DNA of 64,000 nucleotides from positions 224,001 through 288,000 of the forward strand of contig CBDCFW010000005.1 of the NCBI GenBank assembly GCA_965216465.1, given 5' to 3'. The position numbers and the translations under genes are program-made. Source of the DNA: Bacteroidia bacterium (GTDB lineage: Bacteria > Bacteroidota > Bacteroidia > NS11-12g > UBA9320). Below are positions 10,336-20,173 of this stretch, one piece after another. The stretch's first letter is position 1. Each line of letters opens with the position of its first letter. The notes beneath the pieces are model-generated. The model saw nothing but the letters and a program-made list of their open reading frames with translations, was not told the origin of the DNA and ran no database searches.

Positions 10336-11642
10336 TAAATTGGTATACCCATTAGATCAAATGCTTCCGCGGATTCAATCTTTACATTAACAAAGTCCCC
10401 AGTTCGAATATATCCTGAACTAATAGGTATTATCACTTCGTTATCAACTTCCGGGGAGTCAAACTGTGTTCTGCCGATATAGCTATCTCCTTCTATCCTA
10501 TCAATAAGAACTTTTTGATGGGTGTTGACTAACTCTTGGTTTAAACGATATGAAATATCATGCTGAAGGTTCATTAAGTCAGCTGCTCGTCTTTCTTTTT
10601 CTTCTTCTGAAACATGATCTTCTAATGTATAAGCATGAGTTCCTTCCTCGTGAGAGTAGGTAAATACTCCCAATCGGTTGAACTGGTAGTCTGCGATAAA
10701 CTCTTTTAGCTCTTCATATTCCTCCTCATACTCACCTGGATGACCAACTAACATGGTGGTTCTCAAAGCTATACCCTTAACCTCATCACGTATACGATCA
10801 AGCACTTCAATGGTTCTTCTTTTCGTAATTCCTCTACGCATAGACTTCAAAACGTTATCAGAAATGTGTTGAACAGGAATATCCAAATACTTACATATGT
10901 TGGGCTTACTGTTCATAATAGGAAGTACTTCAAATGGAAATTTAGATGGATATGCGTAATGTAAACGTATCCAATCTAATCCTTCAACATCACTTAATCG
11001 ATCGAGTAACTCATGAAGTCTGCGTTCACCATACAAATCAATTCCGTAGAATGTAGAATCTTGGGCAATCAACATAATTTCCTTAACTCCATCACGCACC
11101 AAAGTTTTTGTTTCAGCAACTAAATCCTCAATAGGTTTTGAAACGTGATTCCCACGCATCAAAGGAATTGCACAAAATGAGCAAGGACGATCGCATCCTT
11201 CAGATATTTTCATGTAGGCAAAGTGTTTTGCTACTGATGACTTTCTTTCGCCAAGAAGTTCTTTACGGTAATCTACACCAACCTGACTCAAAAGTTGAGG
11301 GAGTTCAAAAGTCCCGTACCACTTATCAACTTCAGGAATTTCGGGAGAAAGATCTTCTTTATACCGCTGGCTTAAACACCCGGTTACAATGAGCTTCTCG
11401 ATATTCCCTTCCTTCTTTTCTTCAGCAAACTGAAGGATGGTATCAATACTTTCTTGTTTCGCGTTATCAATAAACCCACATGTATTTACAATAATGGTAT
11501 CAGCTCCTTCTGTATTTTCATGTTCAGCATTTACATTTCCACTTCTAAGCTGAGACATAAGTACTTCAGAGTCAACAGTGTTTTTTGAGCAGCCAAGTGT
11601 AACTACTGCAACTTTATTGGGTTTATGACTTTTTGTTCTCAT
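10335..11642 (-). CDS. rimO: Ribosomal protein S12 methylthiotransferase RimO
   Basis: TLGCSKNTVDSE, NTCGFI, radical-SAM CDRPCSFC, C-terminal TRAM domain. Confidence 0.96.
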   Translation of the reverse strand: MRTKSHKPNKVAVVTLGCSKNTVDSEVLMSQLRSGNVNAEHENTEGADTIIVNTCGFIDNAKQESIDTILQFAEEKKEGNIEKLIVTGCLSQRYKEDLSPEIPEVDKWYGTFELPQLLSQVGVDYRKELLGERKSSVAKHFAYMKISEGCDRPCSFCAIPLMRGNHVSKPIEDLVAETKTLVRDGVKEIMLIAQDSTFYGIDLYGERRLHELLDRLSDVEGLDWIRLHYAYPSKFPFEVLPIMNSKPNICKYLDIPVQHISDNVLKSMRRGITKRRTIEVLDRIRDEVKGIALRTTMLVGHPGEYEEEYEELKEFIADYQFNRLGVFTYSHEEGTHAYTLEDHVSEEEKERRAADLMNLQHDISYRLNQELVNTHQKVLIDRIEGDSYIGRTQFDSPEVDNEVIIPISSGYIRTGDFVNVKIESAEAFDLMGIPI

Positions 11643-12589
11643 GAATTAAATAATGACTCTACAAAGCTTGTACTATCAAACAACTGAAGGTCATTCATTT
11701 GTTCACCAACACCTATATATTTTACGGGTACATTAAACTGATCGCTGATTCCAACCACAACACCACCTTTTGCTGTTCCATCTAATTTAGTTAGTGCCAA
11801 GGCATTAACTTCAGTTGCAGCGGTAAATTGTTTCGCTTGCTCAAAAGCATTTTGTCCGGTAGAAGCATCTAGCACTAGAAGAACTTCATGCGGTGCTCCT
11901 TCCACCTGTCGATCCATAACACGTTTGATTTTAGAGAGCTCATTCATCAAGTTCACTTTATTATGAAGACGACCAGCTGTATCAATTATTACCACGTCTG
12001 CATTGTTTTCTTTGCCATATTTCACCGCTTCAAAGGCAACGGCTGCAGGATCTGTGTTCATGCCTTTCGACACCACTTCTACTCCAACGCGATCTCCCCA
12101 AATTTTAATTTGGTCAACCGCTGCGGCACGAAATGTATCTGCAGCTCCAAGTACTACTTTTAAGCCTTGGCTTTTGAACATATTCGAGAGTTTACCTATA
12201 GTAGTTGTTTTACCAACACCATTAACGCCCACAACCATAATCACATATGGCTTAGTCTCAGTGTTTTTGACATTGGTTTCTGTTTCCGATAGAAGATCAG
12301 CAATTTCTTCTTTTAGCATTGTATTTAGCTCTGTTTCACCGAGATATTTATCCTTTGAAACGCGCTCTTCAATGCGATCAATAATTTTAACAGTTGTATT
12401 TACTCCGACATCTGAAGAAATCAATATTTCTTCTAGGTCGTCGAGAAAGTCGTCGTCAATTTTACTTTTACCTACAACGGCTTTTGATATTTTAGATATG
12501 AAAGATCCTCTGGTTTTTTCCAGACTCTCATCTAATCTTTCCTTTTGTTCTTCAGAAGGTTTCTTCTTAAAAAAATCAAACAATCCCAT
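11639..12589 (-). CDS. ftsY: SRP receptor FtsY
   Basis: [35 protein letters not shown]. Confidence 0.98.
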   Translation of the reverse strand: MGLFDFFKKKPSEEQKERLDESLEKTRGSFISKISKAVVGKSKIDDDFLDDLEEILISSDVGVNTTVKIIDRIEERVSKDKYLGETELNTMLKEEIADLLSETETNVKNTETKPYVIMVVGVNGVGKTTTIGKLSNMFKSQGLKVVLGAADTFRAAAVDQIKIWGDRVGVEVVSKGMNTDPAAVAFEAVKYGKENNADVVIIDTAGRLHNKVNLMNELSKIKRVMDRQVEGAPHEVLLVLDASTGQNAFEQAKQFTAATEVNALALTKLDGTAKGGVVVGISDQFNVPVKYIGVGEQMNDLQLFDSTSFVESLFNS

Positions 12590-12600
12590 GGTCTTATAAC

Positions 12601-12633
12601 AAAAAAAGCTTCCAATTATACATTAGAAGCTTT
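12601..12633 (-). terminator. Terminator/attenuator between the DUF4295-type gene and ftsY
   Basis: Minus strand AAAGCTTC...GAAGCTTTTTTT hairpin with T-tract. Confidence 0.55.
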
Positions 12634-12656
12634 AATAATATCGTTTTTAGATGTAT

Positions 12657-12812
12657 TTATTTAGCCAATCGTTCTTTTACCGATTCTGTTGGCATCATTT
12701 CTTCTCTAAAAGTATATGCTCCAGTTTTCTCAGATCTTTCGCATCTAATTACTTTAGCCCAAGTTCTTCCTGAACCTGCTTTCTTTAACGTTGCTACTAC
12801 TTTCTTTGCCAT
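12657..12812 (-). CDS. Small conserved Bacteroidota protein (DUF4295-type), 51 aa
   Basis: Manual translation MAKKVVATLKKAGSGRTWAKVIRCERSEKTGAYTFREEMMPTESVKERLAK; usual position between rpmG and ftsY. Below the ORF-track cutoff. Confidence 0.9.
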   Translation of the reverse strand: MAKKVVATLKKAGSGRTWAKVIRCERSEKTGAYTFREEMMPTESVKERLAK

Positions 12813-12813
12813 C

Positions 12814-12996
12814 TTATTTTATTTCTTTATGAACAGTTACTCTTTTTAAGTAAGGATTGTACTTCTTAAGCTCGATACGCTCAGTAGTATTTCTCTTATT
12901 TTTCGTGGTAATATATCTAGACATACCAGGAACGTTGCTACCTTTTTGCTCGGTGCATTCTAAAATTACTTGAACTCTATTTCCTTTCTTCGCCAT
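12814..12996 (-). CDS. rpmG: 50S ribosomal protein L33
   Basis: [16 protein letters not shown]...[11 protein letters not shown]...LKKYNP...HKEIK. Confidence 0.97.
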   Translation of the reverse strand: MAKKGNRVQVILECTEQKGSNVPGMSRYITTKNKRNTTERIELKKYNPYLKRVTVHKEIK

Positions 12997-12999
12997 GGC

Positions 13000-13233
13000 T
13001 TATATTTTTCCTTTTTTTAACAAACTATTTAAGCAAGCACTAATTCCTTTTTTGTTAATCGTTTTTAACGCAGAAGTGCTCACTTTTAATGTAATCCACT
13101 CATCTTGCTCAGGAAGATAGAATCTCTTGGTTTGAAGATTTGGATAAAATCTTCTTTTAGTCTTTCTATTCGAGTGAGACACTCGGTTACCGGTTAAGGC
13201 CTTCTTTCCTGTTAAATCACATACTCTAGACAT
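13000..13233 (-). CDS. rpmB: 50S ribosomal protein L28
   Basis: MSRVCDLTGK...GNRVSHSNRKTKRRFYPNLQ. Confidence 0.98.
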   Translation of the reverse strand: MSRVCDLTGKKALTGNRVSHSNRKTKRRFYPNLQTKRFYLPEQDEWITLKVSTSALKTINKKGISACLNSLLKKGKI

Positions 13234-13286
13234 ACCTCTAATTTTTAGGGCTGCAAAGATGTTATTAATTTTTTATATATCCAACA

Positions 13287-14495
13287 CTAAGGATATAAAA
13301 GATACAATTTTCTTTTCTGCTTGTAGGCCACAAGATCTTCTTGCCACGATTCTCGAATCTCGTCTTCTTGCAATCCGCTCTCTATCTGTGACTTAAGCTT
13401 ACTATTTCCGCTCAACTTAAGAAAGAAATCTCTAAAATACGGTCCATCAGCTAAGGTGTTTTTTGAATAAAATTCGAGCATCCATGATAAATTTAGTTTC
13501 GGATTCTCAAAAAACGAGCTGTCCTTAACAATTGTAATCACTTGTCCATAACAAACCTCTCCTTTATACTTTGGATTTTCCGAAACTCCAGGAATTCCTC
13601 TTGGTACAAACTTGAATACACCATCGTAACTTGGTTTTCCCACAATCTGGAATGGAGTTTCTGTGCCTCGACCAATACTGACGTTTGTTCCTTCAAACAG
13701 TCCTAAAAATGGATACAAATACACGGAATTCATGTTCGGTAAGTTAGGTGATGGTTTTATAGGCAGCTGATACAAACTTTGGTGCGTGTAGTTCTTGCAC
13801 GGCACCACTTGTAAATTACAAACTGCGCCCCCTCTCAACCAGCCTTCACCGTTAATCATCAAGGCTAATTCAGCCACGGTTAAGCCGTGAACAATGGGTA
13901 TGGGATGCATACCAATAAAGGATTTATACTCTGGGTCTAAAACCGGACCATCAACATAAAATCCATTTGGATTGGGTCGATCAAGTACAATCATGTTCTT
14001 ATCAAATTCTGCACATGCCTCCATTACATAGTGCATGGTAGAGATAAATGTATAAAACCGAACACCTACGTCTTGAATATCGAAGATTACAACATCTAAA
14101 TCATTCATCATTTCTGCAGACGGCTTTTTGTTTTTGCCATATAGTGAAACAACCGGCAACCCTGATTTTTCATCTATGCCATCTTTTATAACAGCTCCGT
14201 CGCTATGGTCTCCTCGAAACCCATGCTCAGGGGCAAAAACTTTTACAATATCTACCCCTAAAGATTGCAGCGTATCAACTAGATGAACATGATTAATTAC
14301 TGATGTTTGATTCACCACCAACCCTACTCTTTTATGTCTCAAATTTGGCAGGTACTCCATAATTTGTTCAGCCCCTAGAATTATGTCGCTAGATTGAGCA
14401 GAATTCTCATGATTTATTCCAGAATTTGTTTTATCGGCAGACTGACATGCAATAAATGCAGACATTAAAATCGTTATTACCAGTATTTTCCTCAT
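13287..14495 (-). CDS. DUF1343 / NamZ-like exo-beta-N-acetylmuramidase lipoprotein
   Basis: Lipobox FIAC; FAPEHGFRG, DIQDVGVRFYT, LDRPNP, PSPNLP, GRGT motifs. Confidence 0.85.
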   Translation of the reverse strand: MRKILVITILMSAFIACQSADKTNSGINHENSAQSSDIILGAEQIMEYLPNLRHKRVGLVVNQTSVINHVHLVDTLQSLGVDIVKVFAPEHGFRGDHSDGAVIKDGIDEKSGLPVVSLYGKNKKPSAEMMNDLDVVIFDIQDVGVRFYTFISTMHYVMEACAEFDKNMIVLDRPNPNGFYVDGPVLDPEYKSFIGMHPIPIVHGLTVAELALMINGEGWLRGGAVCNLQVVPCKNYTHQSLYQLPIKPSPNLPNMNSVYLYPFLGLFEGTNVSIGRGTETPFQIVGKPSYDGVFKFVPRGIPGVSENPKYKGEVCYGQVITIVKDSSFFENPKLNLSWMLEFYSKNTLADGPYFRDFFLKLSGNSKLKSQIESGLQEDEIRESWQEDLVAYKQKRKLYLLYP

Positions 14496-14522
14496 TTATT
14501 TTAATCTTGCGGCGTCAAAAGT

Positions 14523-15743
14523 ATGCAATTTGGATACTACATAGCTAAGAAACTGAGTTTTAAGCATCCTCAGTCATTCACCAAAACCATAACGCGTTTA
14601 GCAATAGCTGCAGTATCTATTAGCGTATGTGTTGTTATTCTTGCTTTTGGTATTCTACTTGGATTTAAAAAGGAAATTCAAGAGAAAGTATCGGGCTATA
14701 CCGGCGATATCACAATTACTAAATACCAACTCACAAAAGGAAACGAGAACAATCTTTTTCCTGTGTCACCTGGTCTAACCGATAGCTTGAATCGAATTGC
14801 AGGTATAAAAAACACATTTTCCTATATTAATAAGGCAGGAATTATTAAATCTGATTCAGTTCTAGAAGGCCTAATTTTTAAAGGTGTTCCTTACAATTAT
14901 GATTTTAGCTTTTACAACAAACATTTAAAGAGAGGTCAAATTCCATCATACTCTGATTCTACTGACAGTTATGATATCTTGCTTTCAGAACACAGTGCTA
15001 GTTTATTAGCCGTTGATACCGGAGATCGTGTAAACTTGTTTTTTATTGAGAACAATGATGTAAAAAGAAGAAGGCCAAAAATCGTTGGAATATTCAATAC
15101 TGGTTTGCAGGAATTTGACAAACAATTTGCCATCGCAGACTTAAGGATGTTACAGAGAGTAGTATCTACCGACTACACCCAAATTGGTGGCTATGAAGTT
15201 CTGGTGAGCAGTTTTGAAGAAGTTGAGCAAGTTCAAGAAGCGATTACAAAGCAAATTGACTACAATCTTTCGGCTCAAACTGTAATCGACCTCTATCCTA
15301 CCATGTTCCAGTGGCTCGAAATTGTCGACACTAACGTGGTAGTTATTATCGTTTTGATGTTTGTTGTAGCCATTATTAACATCATTACTGTTTTACTAAT
15401 CTTAATCATCGACCGAATTCCTATGATCGGCTTATTTAAATCGATGGGTGCCAACACCCCTAAGATTATGAGTATTTTTAACTGGCAAGGCTTATTTATT
15501 GTAATTGGAGGAATTATACTCGGAAATATTATTGGTTTGGGTACTGCTTTTCTTCAAATCCGTTACCAATTGATAGGACTCCCAGCAGATACGTACTATA
15601 TGGATGCGGTACCATTCTATCTGCCCGCGATGCACATAGTTCTTATCAATTTAGGGGCCTTAGTCGTGTGCTTTTTGTTTACCTATTTGCCTGTAAAACT
15701 GGTGTCAAACGTGAAGCCAACGCAAAGCATCAACTTCCAATAA
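14523..15743 (+). CDS. ABC transporter permease, LolC/E (FtsX-like) family
   Basis: TM1, large periplasmic domain, 3 C-terminal TMs; IGLFKSMGA; YYMDAVP. Confidence 0.85.
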   Translation: MQFGYYIAKKLSFKHPQSFTKTITRLAIAAVSISVCVVILAFGILLGFKKEIQEKVSGYTGDITITKYQLTKGNENNLFPVSPGLTDSLNRIAGIKNTFSYINKAGIIKSDSVLEGLIFKGVPYNYDFSFYNKHLKRGQIPSYSDSTDSYDILLSEHSASLLAVDTGDRVNLFFIENNDVKRRRPKIVGIFNTGLQEFDKQFAIADLRMLQRVVSTDYTQIGGYEVLVSSFEEVEQVQEAITKQIDYNLSAQTVIDLYPTMFQWLEIVDTNVVVIIVLMFVVAIINIITVLLILIIDRIPMIGLFKSMGANTPKIMSIFNWQGLFIVIGGIILGNIIGLGTAFLQIRYQLIGLPADTYYMDAVPFYLPAMHIVLINLGALVVCFLFTYLPVKLVSNVKPTQSINFQ

Positions 15744-15773
15744 TTTCCCATTTTTAGACTTTTTTGATTCATT

Positions 15774-15806
15774 TTTGGAATTTTGACAAATATTCTGTTA
15801 TATTCG
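15774..15806 (+). promoter_or_regulatory. Sigma70 promoter (-33 TTTG / -7 TATATTCG) for the downstream ncRNA
   Basis: TTTG at 15774-15777, 21-nt spacer, TATATTCG at 15799-15806 (one mismatch to TAnnTTTG). Confidence 0.55.
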
Positions 15807-15810
15807 TACA

Positions 15811-15906
15811 GTGTGTTTACTACAATTTACTCCCTAACCTAACGGGATGAGGTTTTACGCACCTAACAGTAATTGAATATTATCCAATTTTAGTAAAATT
15901 ATACAC
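15811..15906 (+). ncRNA. ssrS: Structured ncRNA, probable Bacteroidota 6S RNA (6S-Flavo-like)
   Basis: 5' GTGTG-TTTACTA-C-AATT pairs with 3' AATT-T-TAGTAAA-(bulge)-TACAC; internal hairpins TCCC/GGGA and AGGT/ACCT; own promoter and terminator; no ORF. Family assignment is from recalled motif resemblance only. Confidence 0.65.
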
Positions 15907-15913
15907 TTAGTTT

Positions 15914-15938
15914 AAAAGCGGTTCAACCGCTTTTTTTT
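15914..15938. terminator. Bidirectional intrinsic terminator (ncRNA / ion-channel gene)
   Basis: AAAAGCGGTT-c-AACCGCTTTTTTTT. Confidence 0.85.
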
Positions 15939-16758
15939 ATAGTTCATTTCCACAGTTATCACAAAACTTGGCATTTTTTTTATGATCTCTATTGCCACAG
16001 TTTGAACACTCTATCTTGCTTGAGGCTGTGGCTACTTCAACTGACACAATCCCCGTAGGGACGGCAATAACGGCATAACCTAAAATCATAAGTGCTGCAC
16101 TTAAGAACTGACCCAATGCTGTTACTGGTGCAATATCTCCATAGCCAACGGTTGTCAACGTTACAATCGCCCAATAAATGCTCCTCGGAATACTGGTAAA
16201 ACCAGCTTCTGGCGGCTCAATTGTAAACATGATGGTTCCCATCACGATAACGATAATTAAGATGACTGCGAAGAATACAATGATCTTAGCACTGGCTCTT
16301 TTAATCGCCTGTCCTAAGCTTCGAGCTTCAATCATAAAACTCTTTAGGCGCAAAATTCTAAAAATTCGAATTAGCCTGACGATTCTAAGAATTCGGAACA
16401 ATTCAGGTCCTTGAAAAAAGAAGCCAAGATACGTTGGTATAGTAGCGAAGAGGTCAATGATTCCCCAAAAACTTGTAACATATTTTCTTGGATTCTCGCT
16501 TACATAGATACGAATCAGGTATTCTATAGTAAACAAGATGGTAAAGAAGTATTCTAAATACTTAAGGTATTTGCCATAGGTGCGGTTAATATCTGGCACA
16601 CTTTCGGCCATAATTGCCAATACACTTAAAAGAATGGCCCAAAGCAGGGCAATATCAAACCTTCTTGCTTCAGACGTATCGGCACCAGAAATAATGTCGT
16701 TCCACTTTTCTTTTCTGGACTTATAATTACGGTCTTTGAGAGATGGGTATTTTGCCAT
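15937..16758 (-). CDS. Voltage-gated potassium channel-like ion transporter with C-terminal zinc ribbon
   Basis: S4-like RILRIVRLIRIFRILRL, TTVGYGD selectivity filter, CSNC...CDNC. Start may be 16758 (ATG) or 16764. Confidence 0.92.
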   Translation of the reverse strand: MAKYPSLKDRNYKSRKEKWNDIISGADTSEARRFDIALLWAILLSVLAIMAESVPDINRTYGKYLKYLEYFFTILFTIEYLIRIYVSENPRKYVTSFWGIIDLFATIPTYLGFFFQGPELFRILRIVRLIRIFRILRLKSFMIEARSLGQAIKRASAKIIVFFAVILIIVIVMGTIMFTIEPPEAGFTSIPRSIYWAIVTLTTVGYGDIAPVTALGQFLSAALMILGYAVIAVPTGIVSVEVATASSKIECSNCGNRDHKKNAKFCDNCGNEL

Positions 16759-16812
16759 TAGCACTTCAAAGATATAAAATCATACCTGCTAAAGCACTGA
16801 GTTTTAGAATTC

Positions 16813-17556
16813 TTACTCGAGGTCGTTGATCTTGTACTTGATTCCAAAATAAATTCCAAGAGCCGTGCCTTTATTTACAATACTTACCCCTGTTTCGGAT
16901 CGAGGACCTACATTTTGGGCATAAGCTACGTTGAACTCATTAATAGCCAAGTTAGATGCCCTAGCTGAACAGCCAAAATCAATAGCCATATCGTCGTTAA
17001 TGTTTCGGTAGAATCCAAAATCTCCGCGAAAAATTAAAAACCCTCCTTCAAAACCATTAGAATACAATGTTACGTCAACCGTTTCAACAGGCTCTTCCAA
17101 CCGCTGAATTTGCTCTGATATAATCTCTGTACCTGTCTGGTCAAGCTTTTTATTTAAAAACAGATTCATTCCGAAATTGGTATAGACCATCCACTTTTCG
17201 GATAAATACTTACGGTATGACCCCAGGGCAGCAATTTGATACGATGTATAAGTTGGATAAATTCTGTCCTTAAACACCAAAACCTCATCACCAGAAATAT
17301 TTTGTACCGGAATTTGAAACTTAACGGAATAATCATTCTTCAATATGCCTAGTTCGGCGCTTAAATTTTGATTAAACCTTCTTCCTAAATAAAAACCCGC
17401 TCCAACATCTACATGGGGCAATAACTCAAGGTGCTTTGCATTTTCCAGCTGGTGAAACTCCATCTTAGGACCCATATTAATTCTAAAGTAGTGAACGTTT
17501 TGAGCGTGCGCGATTGATGCAATAACAAGTATTAGAAAGATTGAAAAGATTCTCAT
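16813..17556 (-). CDS. Secreted hypothetical protein, probable outer-membrane beta-barrel
   Basis: Signal peptide (AHA-Q), beta-strand pattern, C-terminal GIYFGIKYKI. Confidence 0.6.
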   Translation of the reverse strand: MRIFSIFLILVIASIAHAQNVHYFRINMGPKMEFHQLENAKHLELLPHVDVGAGFYLGRRFNQNLSAELGILKNDYSVKFQIPVQNISGDEVLVFKDRIYPTYTSYQIAALGSYRKYLSEKWMVYTNFGMNLFLNKKLDQTGTEIISEQIQRLEEPVETVDVTLYSNGFEGGFLIFRGDFGFYRNINDDMAIDFGCSARASNLAINEFNVAYAQNVGPRSETGVSIVNKGTALGIYFGIKYKINDLE

Positions 17557-18149
17557 AAAAGCTTTAGTTGGAGTTCTTTCAAAGTAAAGCTTTTCCGATG
17601 GAAATCTTGATAGCCAAATTTCTCAATGGCCGCTCTGTGTTGAGCAGTGCCATATCCTTTATGCTTTTCGAAACCATATTCGGGAAAATCCAGTCCAAGT
17701 TTTTTCATGTACTCGTCTCGGTGTGTTTTTGCCAAAATACTAGCTGCAGCAATGGGTTTAAACTTTCCATCACCCTTAATCACAGTGGTATGGTTGTAAC
17801 CATCTAAAGGCTTAAATCGGTTTCCATCTATTAATAGGTGGTCTGGTCTTGTATTTAATTGCTCCACCGCTCGGTGCATTGCAAGTATGCTTGCATTTAA
17901 AATATTGATGCGGTCAATTTCGCGTTCAGTGCAAGAAGCAACTGCCCAAGCTATTGCCTTCTCTTCAATCAATTCTCTTAGCTCGTTGCGTACCGATTCT
18001 TTAATCTTTTTTGAATCATTTAAGCTTGGTAATCGAATGCCGGAAGGAAGAATAACCGCAGCTGCATACACGGGCCCTGCTAAGCAACCTCTTCCTGCTT
18101 CATCGCATCCCGCTTCAATTAATCCTTTATGCATATACGGCTTAAGCAT
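17553..18149 (-). CDS. rnhB: Ribonuclease HII
   Basis: GCDEAGRGCLAGPV, LNDSKK, IDGN, KGDGK, IAAASILAK, HKGYGT. Start moved to ATG 18149. Confidence 0.97.
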   Translation of the reverse strand: MLKPYMHKGLIEAGCDEAGRGCLAGPVYAAAVILPSGIRLPSLNDSKKIKESVRNELRELIEEKAIAWAVASCTEREIDRINILNASILAMHRAVEQLNTRPDHLLIDGNRFKPLDGYNHTTVIKGDGKFKPIAAASILAKTHRDEYMKKLGLDFPEYGFEKHKGYGTAQHRAAIEKFGYQDFHRKSFTLKELQLKLL

Positions 18150-18181
18150 TAGACAAAAATAACATAAGTTTGCGGCCACAA

Positions 18182-18907
18182 ATGCTCAAGTATAGAGACG
18201 TTATATACAACAACTATTTTTCGAACCAGGTTAACAAACTTGAAGTCGATCATCAGGCACTTCTTCTTCAACAAGCCGAACATAACCGTCGCGAATTAAT
18301 TCCACTTCTTCCCAAAGACAAATCATCAAAAATTGTTGATTTAGGATGTGGATTTGGGACCTTTGTTCGTGCTGCATTAGATGCTGGTTACCAAAACACT
18401 ACTGGCTACGACATTAGTCAAGAACAAGTAGCAGTTGCCAATAAGTTGGGTATGTCTCAGGTTAAGGAAAGTAGCATTGAAGCCTATTTTGAATTGAATG
18501 AAAAGTCGGACGTAATTATCGGCTTAGACATTATTGAGCACTTCACAAAAGATGAGTTAATGCAATTCCTTCAGCAAGCAAAGCAATCGCTCAACCCTGG
18601 AGGAAAGGTAATATTTAGAACACCTAACATGGATGCACCACAAACTTCTGTTTATGCCTATGGCGACATCAGTCACGAAGTGTTTTTAAATAAAAGTTCG
18701 GCTTTACAAGTTTTTCAAAGCAACGGCTTTAAAAACATTGAGGTATTTGGAGGATTGGTAAGAAACAGCAACCCCGTTAAAGAGCTTATCAGATATTGTG
18801 GCTGGAGCTTGTACAAATTCTGCAAAAAATTAGTCTTATTCTCGTCAGCTAGAACGTGGCACAACGTGGTATTTGAACCCAATTTAATTATTGTAGCTGA
18901 AGCTTAA
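18182..18907 (+). CDS. Class I SAM-dependent methyltransferase
   Basis: VDLGCGFG motif I, DIIEH, LNPGGK, RTPN. TAAGTTTG promoter just upstream. Confidence 0.88.
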   Translation: MLKYRDVIYNNYFSNQVNKLEVDHQALLLQQAEHNRRELIPLLPKDKSSKIVDLGCGFGTFVRAALDAGYQNTTGYDISQEQVAVANKLGMSQVKESSIEAYFELNEKSDVIIGLDIIEHFTKDELMQFLQQAKQSLNPGGKVIFRTPNMDAPQTSVYAYGDISHEVFLNKSSALQVFQSNGFKNIEVFGGLVRNSNPVKELIRYCGWSLYKFCKKLVLFSSARTWHNVVFEPNLIIVAEA

Positions 18908-19587
18908 GCAAAAAGTGGGTCCAACTCTACATTCCCTTCTTCAATTTTATATACCGATCCCGGAAATTTATTGATAATTCGATAGTTGTGGGTTGCTATG
19001 AGCAATGCTGTTCCATTTTCGGCAATGCTTAACAGCAAACTCATGATATCGTCGGCAATTTCAGGATCTAAGTTACCTGTCGGCTCATCAGCCAGTATTA
19101 ATTTAGGGTCGTTTAGCAAGGCTCTCGCAATAACCACACGTTGCTGTTCACCTCCCGACAATTGATGTGGCATCTTGTGCTTCACATCTAACAAGCGCAC
19201 ACTTTCAAGCACGTGCATTATTCTGTTTGCGATTTTAGCTTTGTCTTTCCAATCTGTTGCCCTAAGCGTAAATTCTAAGTTAGCCTCTACCGTTCTATCC
19301 ATTAGAAGGCGAAAGTCTTGAAATATCATCCCAATTCTTCTTCTCAGAAATGGGATATCATCTTTATCCAAATCCAGTAAGCTATAATCCGTTACGCGCC
19401 CTAATCCTTCTTTCAAGGGCAAGTCAGCATAAAGCGTTTTAAGCAAACTTGATTTTCCACTTCCTGTTTTCCCGATAACATAAGAGAACTCTCCCGTAGC
19501 AATCCGCATATTCACATCGCTCAATACCTTAACCCCGTTGTGTTGGATAACATTGGCGTGTTTTAGTTCTGCTACAATTTTATTCAT
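18904..19587 (-). CDS. ftsE: Cell-division ATP-binding protein FtsE-like ABC ATPase
   Basis: GKTGSGKSS, IPFLRRRIGMIFQDFRLL, LSGGEQQRV, ILADEPTGNLDP. Confidence 0.85.
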   Translation of the reverse strand: MNKIVAELKHANVIQHNGVKVLSDVNMRIATGEFSYVIGKTGSGKSSLLKTLYADLPLKEGLGRVTDYSLLDLDKDDIPFLRRRIGMIFQDFRLLMDRTVEANLEFTLRATDWKDKAKIANRIMHVLESVRLLDVKHKMPHQLSGGEQQRVVIARALLNDPKLILADEPTGNLDPEIADDIMSLLLSIAENGTALLIATHNYRIINKFPGSVYKIEEGNVELDPLFA

Positions 19588-20173
19588 CAAATGTTAGATT
19601 AAATCGAGATTCAAAGTCTTTTAAAACAGGATTGGTTTTTGCCATAACATCAAATTGCTGTTTAGGCGTAAATATTTTGTACTCACTCACTTTAACAGCA
19701 TTAACTTGAGCACGTATACCACGAATTGCATAGCCTTGTTTTGCCGCTGTTTGTTTGAGCTTTTCTGCCTCGTTCTCAATCTCTTGAGCTACAGTTTTTG
19801 ATCCGACTGTAAAAACAATCTGTGCGTCGTTCACTTCTAACAATGGATCTGCAAAAAAAGCGGCCAAACTGCGTTGTTTGTTTTGTTCGGCAATTTTCAC
19901 GTACGCTTTCACCAATGACTTTGCAGAACTAACTTCAATGTCTTTTAGGTTACTTGAGGCTTCATCAACCGATGCTTTCTTTTCTGTTTCAGGTTTAGTT
20001 TGTTGACGAACTAGTGCATTCCGCAAACCTCCAATACGCACAGTTTCCATTGGCTCATCAGCCAAATCTGATGCCTTTTTTTTCTTTTGTTTGGAATCAG
20101 CCAAGACTACCTCTTCTTCCGCAAAGAGCGATTCGAAAAATCCAGTATCAACAAGCTTTTTTAGCTTAGGCTT
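19580..20173 (-). CDS. dnaX: C-terminal (tau-specific) part of DnaX, in the -1 frame relative to the N-terminal part
   Basis: Frame is open from the A10 run (TAA AAA AAA AAG CCT AAG...) to 19580. C-terminus FTPKQQFDVMAKTNPVLKDFESRFNL resembles Bacteroidota DnaX C-termini. Confidence 0.75.
   Translation of the reverse strand, partial: KPKLKKLVDTGFFESLFAEEEVVLADSKQKKKKASDLADEPMETVRIGGLRNALVRQQTKPETEKKASVDEASSNLKDIEVSSAKSLVKAYVKIAEQNKQRSLAAFFADPLLEVNDAQIVFTVGSKTVAQEIENEAEKLKQTAAKQGYAIRGIRAQVNAVKVSEYKIFTPKQQFDVMAKTNPVLKDFESRFNLTFDE

Noticed and set aside
12003-12599. 198-aa antisense ORF over ftsY, and similar shadow ORFs (7375-7773, 46076-46450 and others)
   Set aside because: Antisense or alternate-frame shadows of well-conserved genes, with no recognisable motifs.
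13234-13240. SD-like AGAGGT before rpmB
   Set aside because: It directly abuts the ATG with no spacer, so it cannot act as an SD.
19580-20104. 174-aa ORF as an independent hypothetical gene
   Set aside because: Its frame is open back to the dnaX A10 run and its C-terminus looks like DnaX; better explained as the tau extension.
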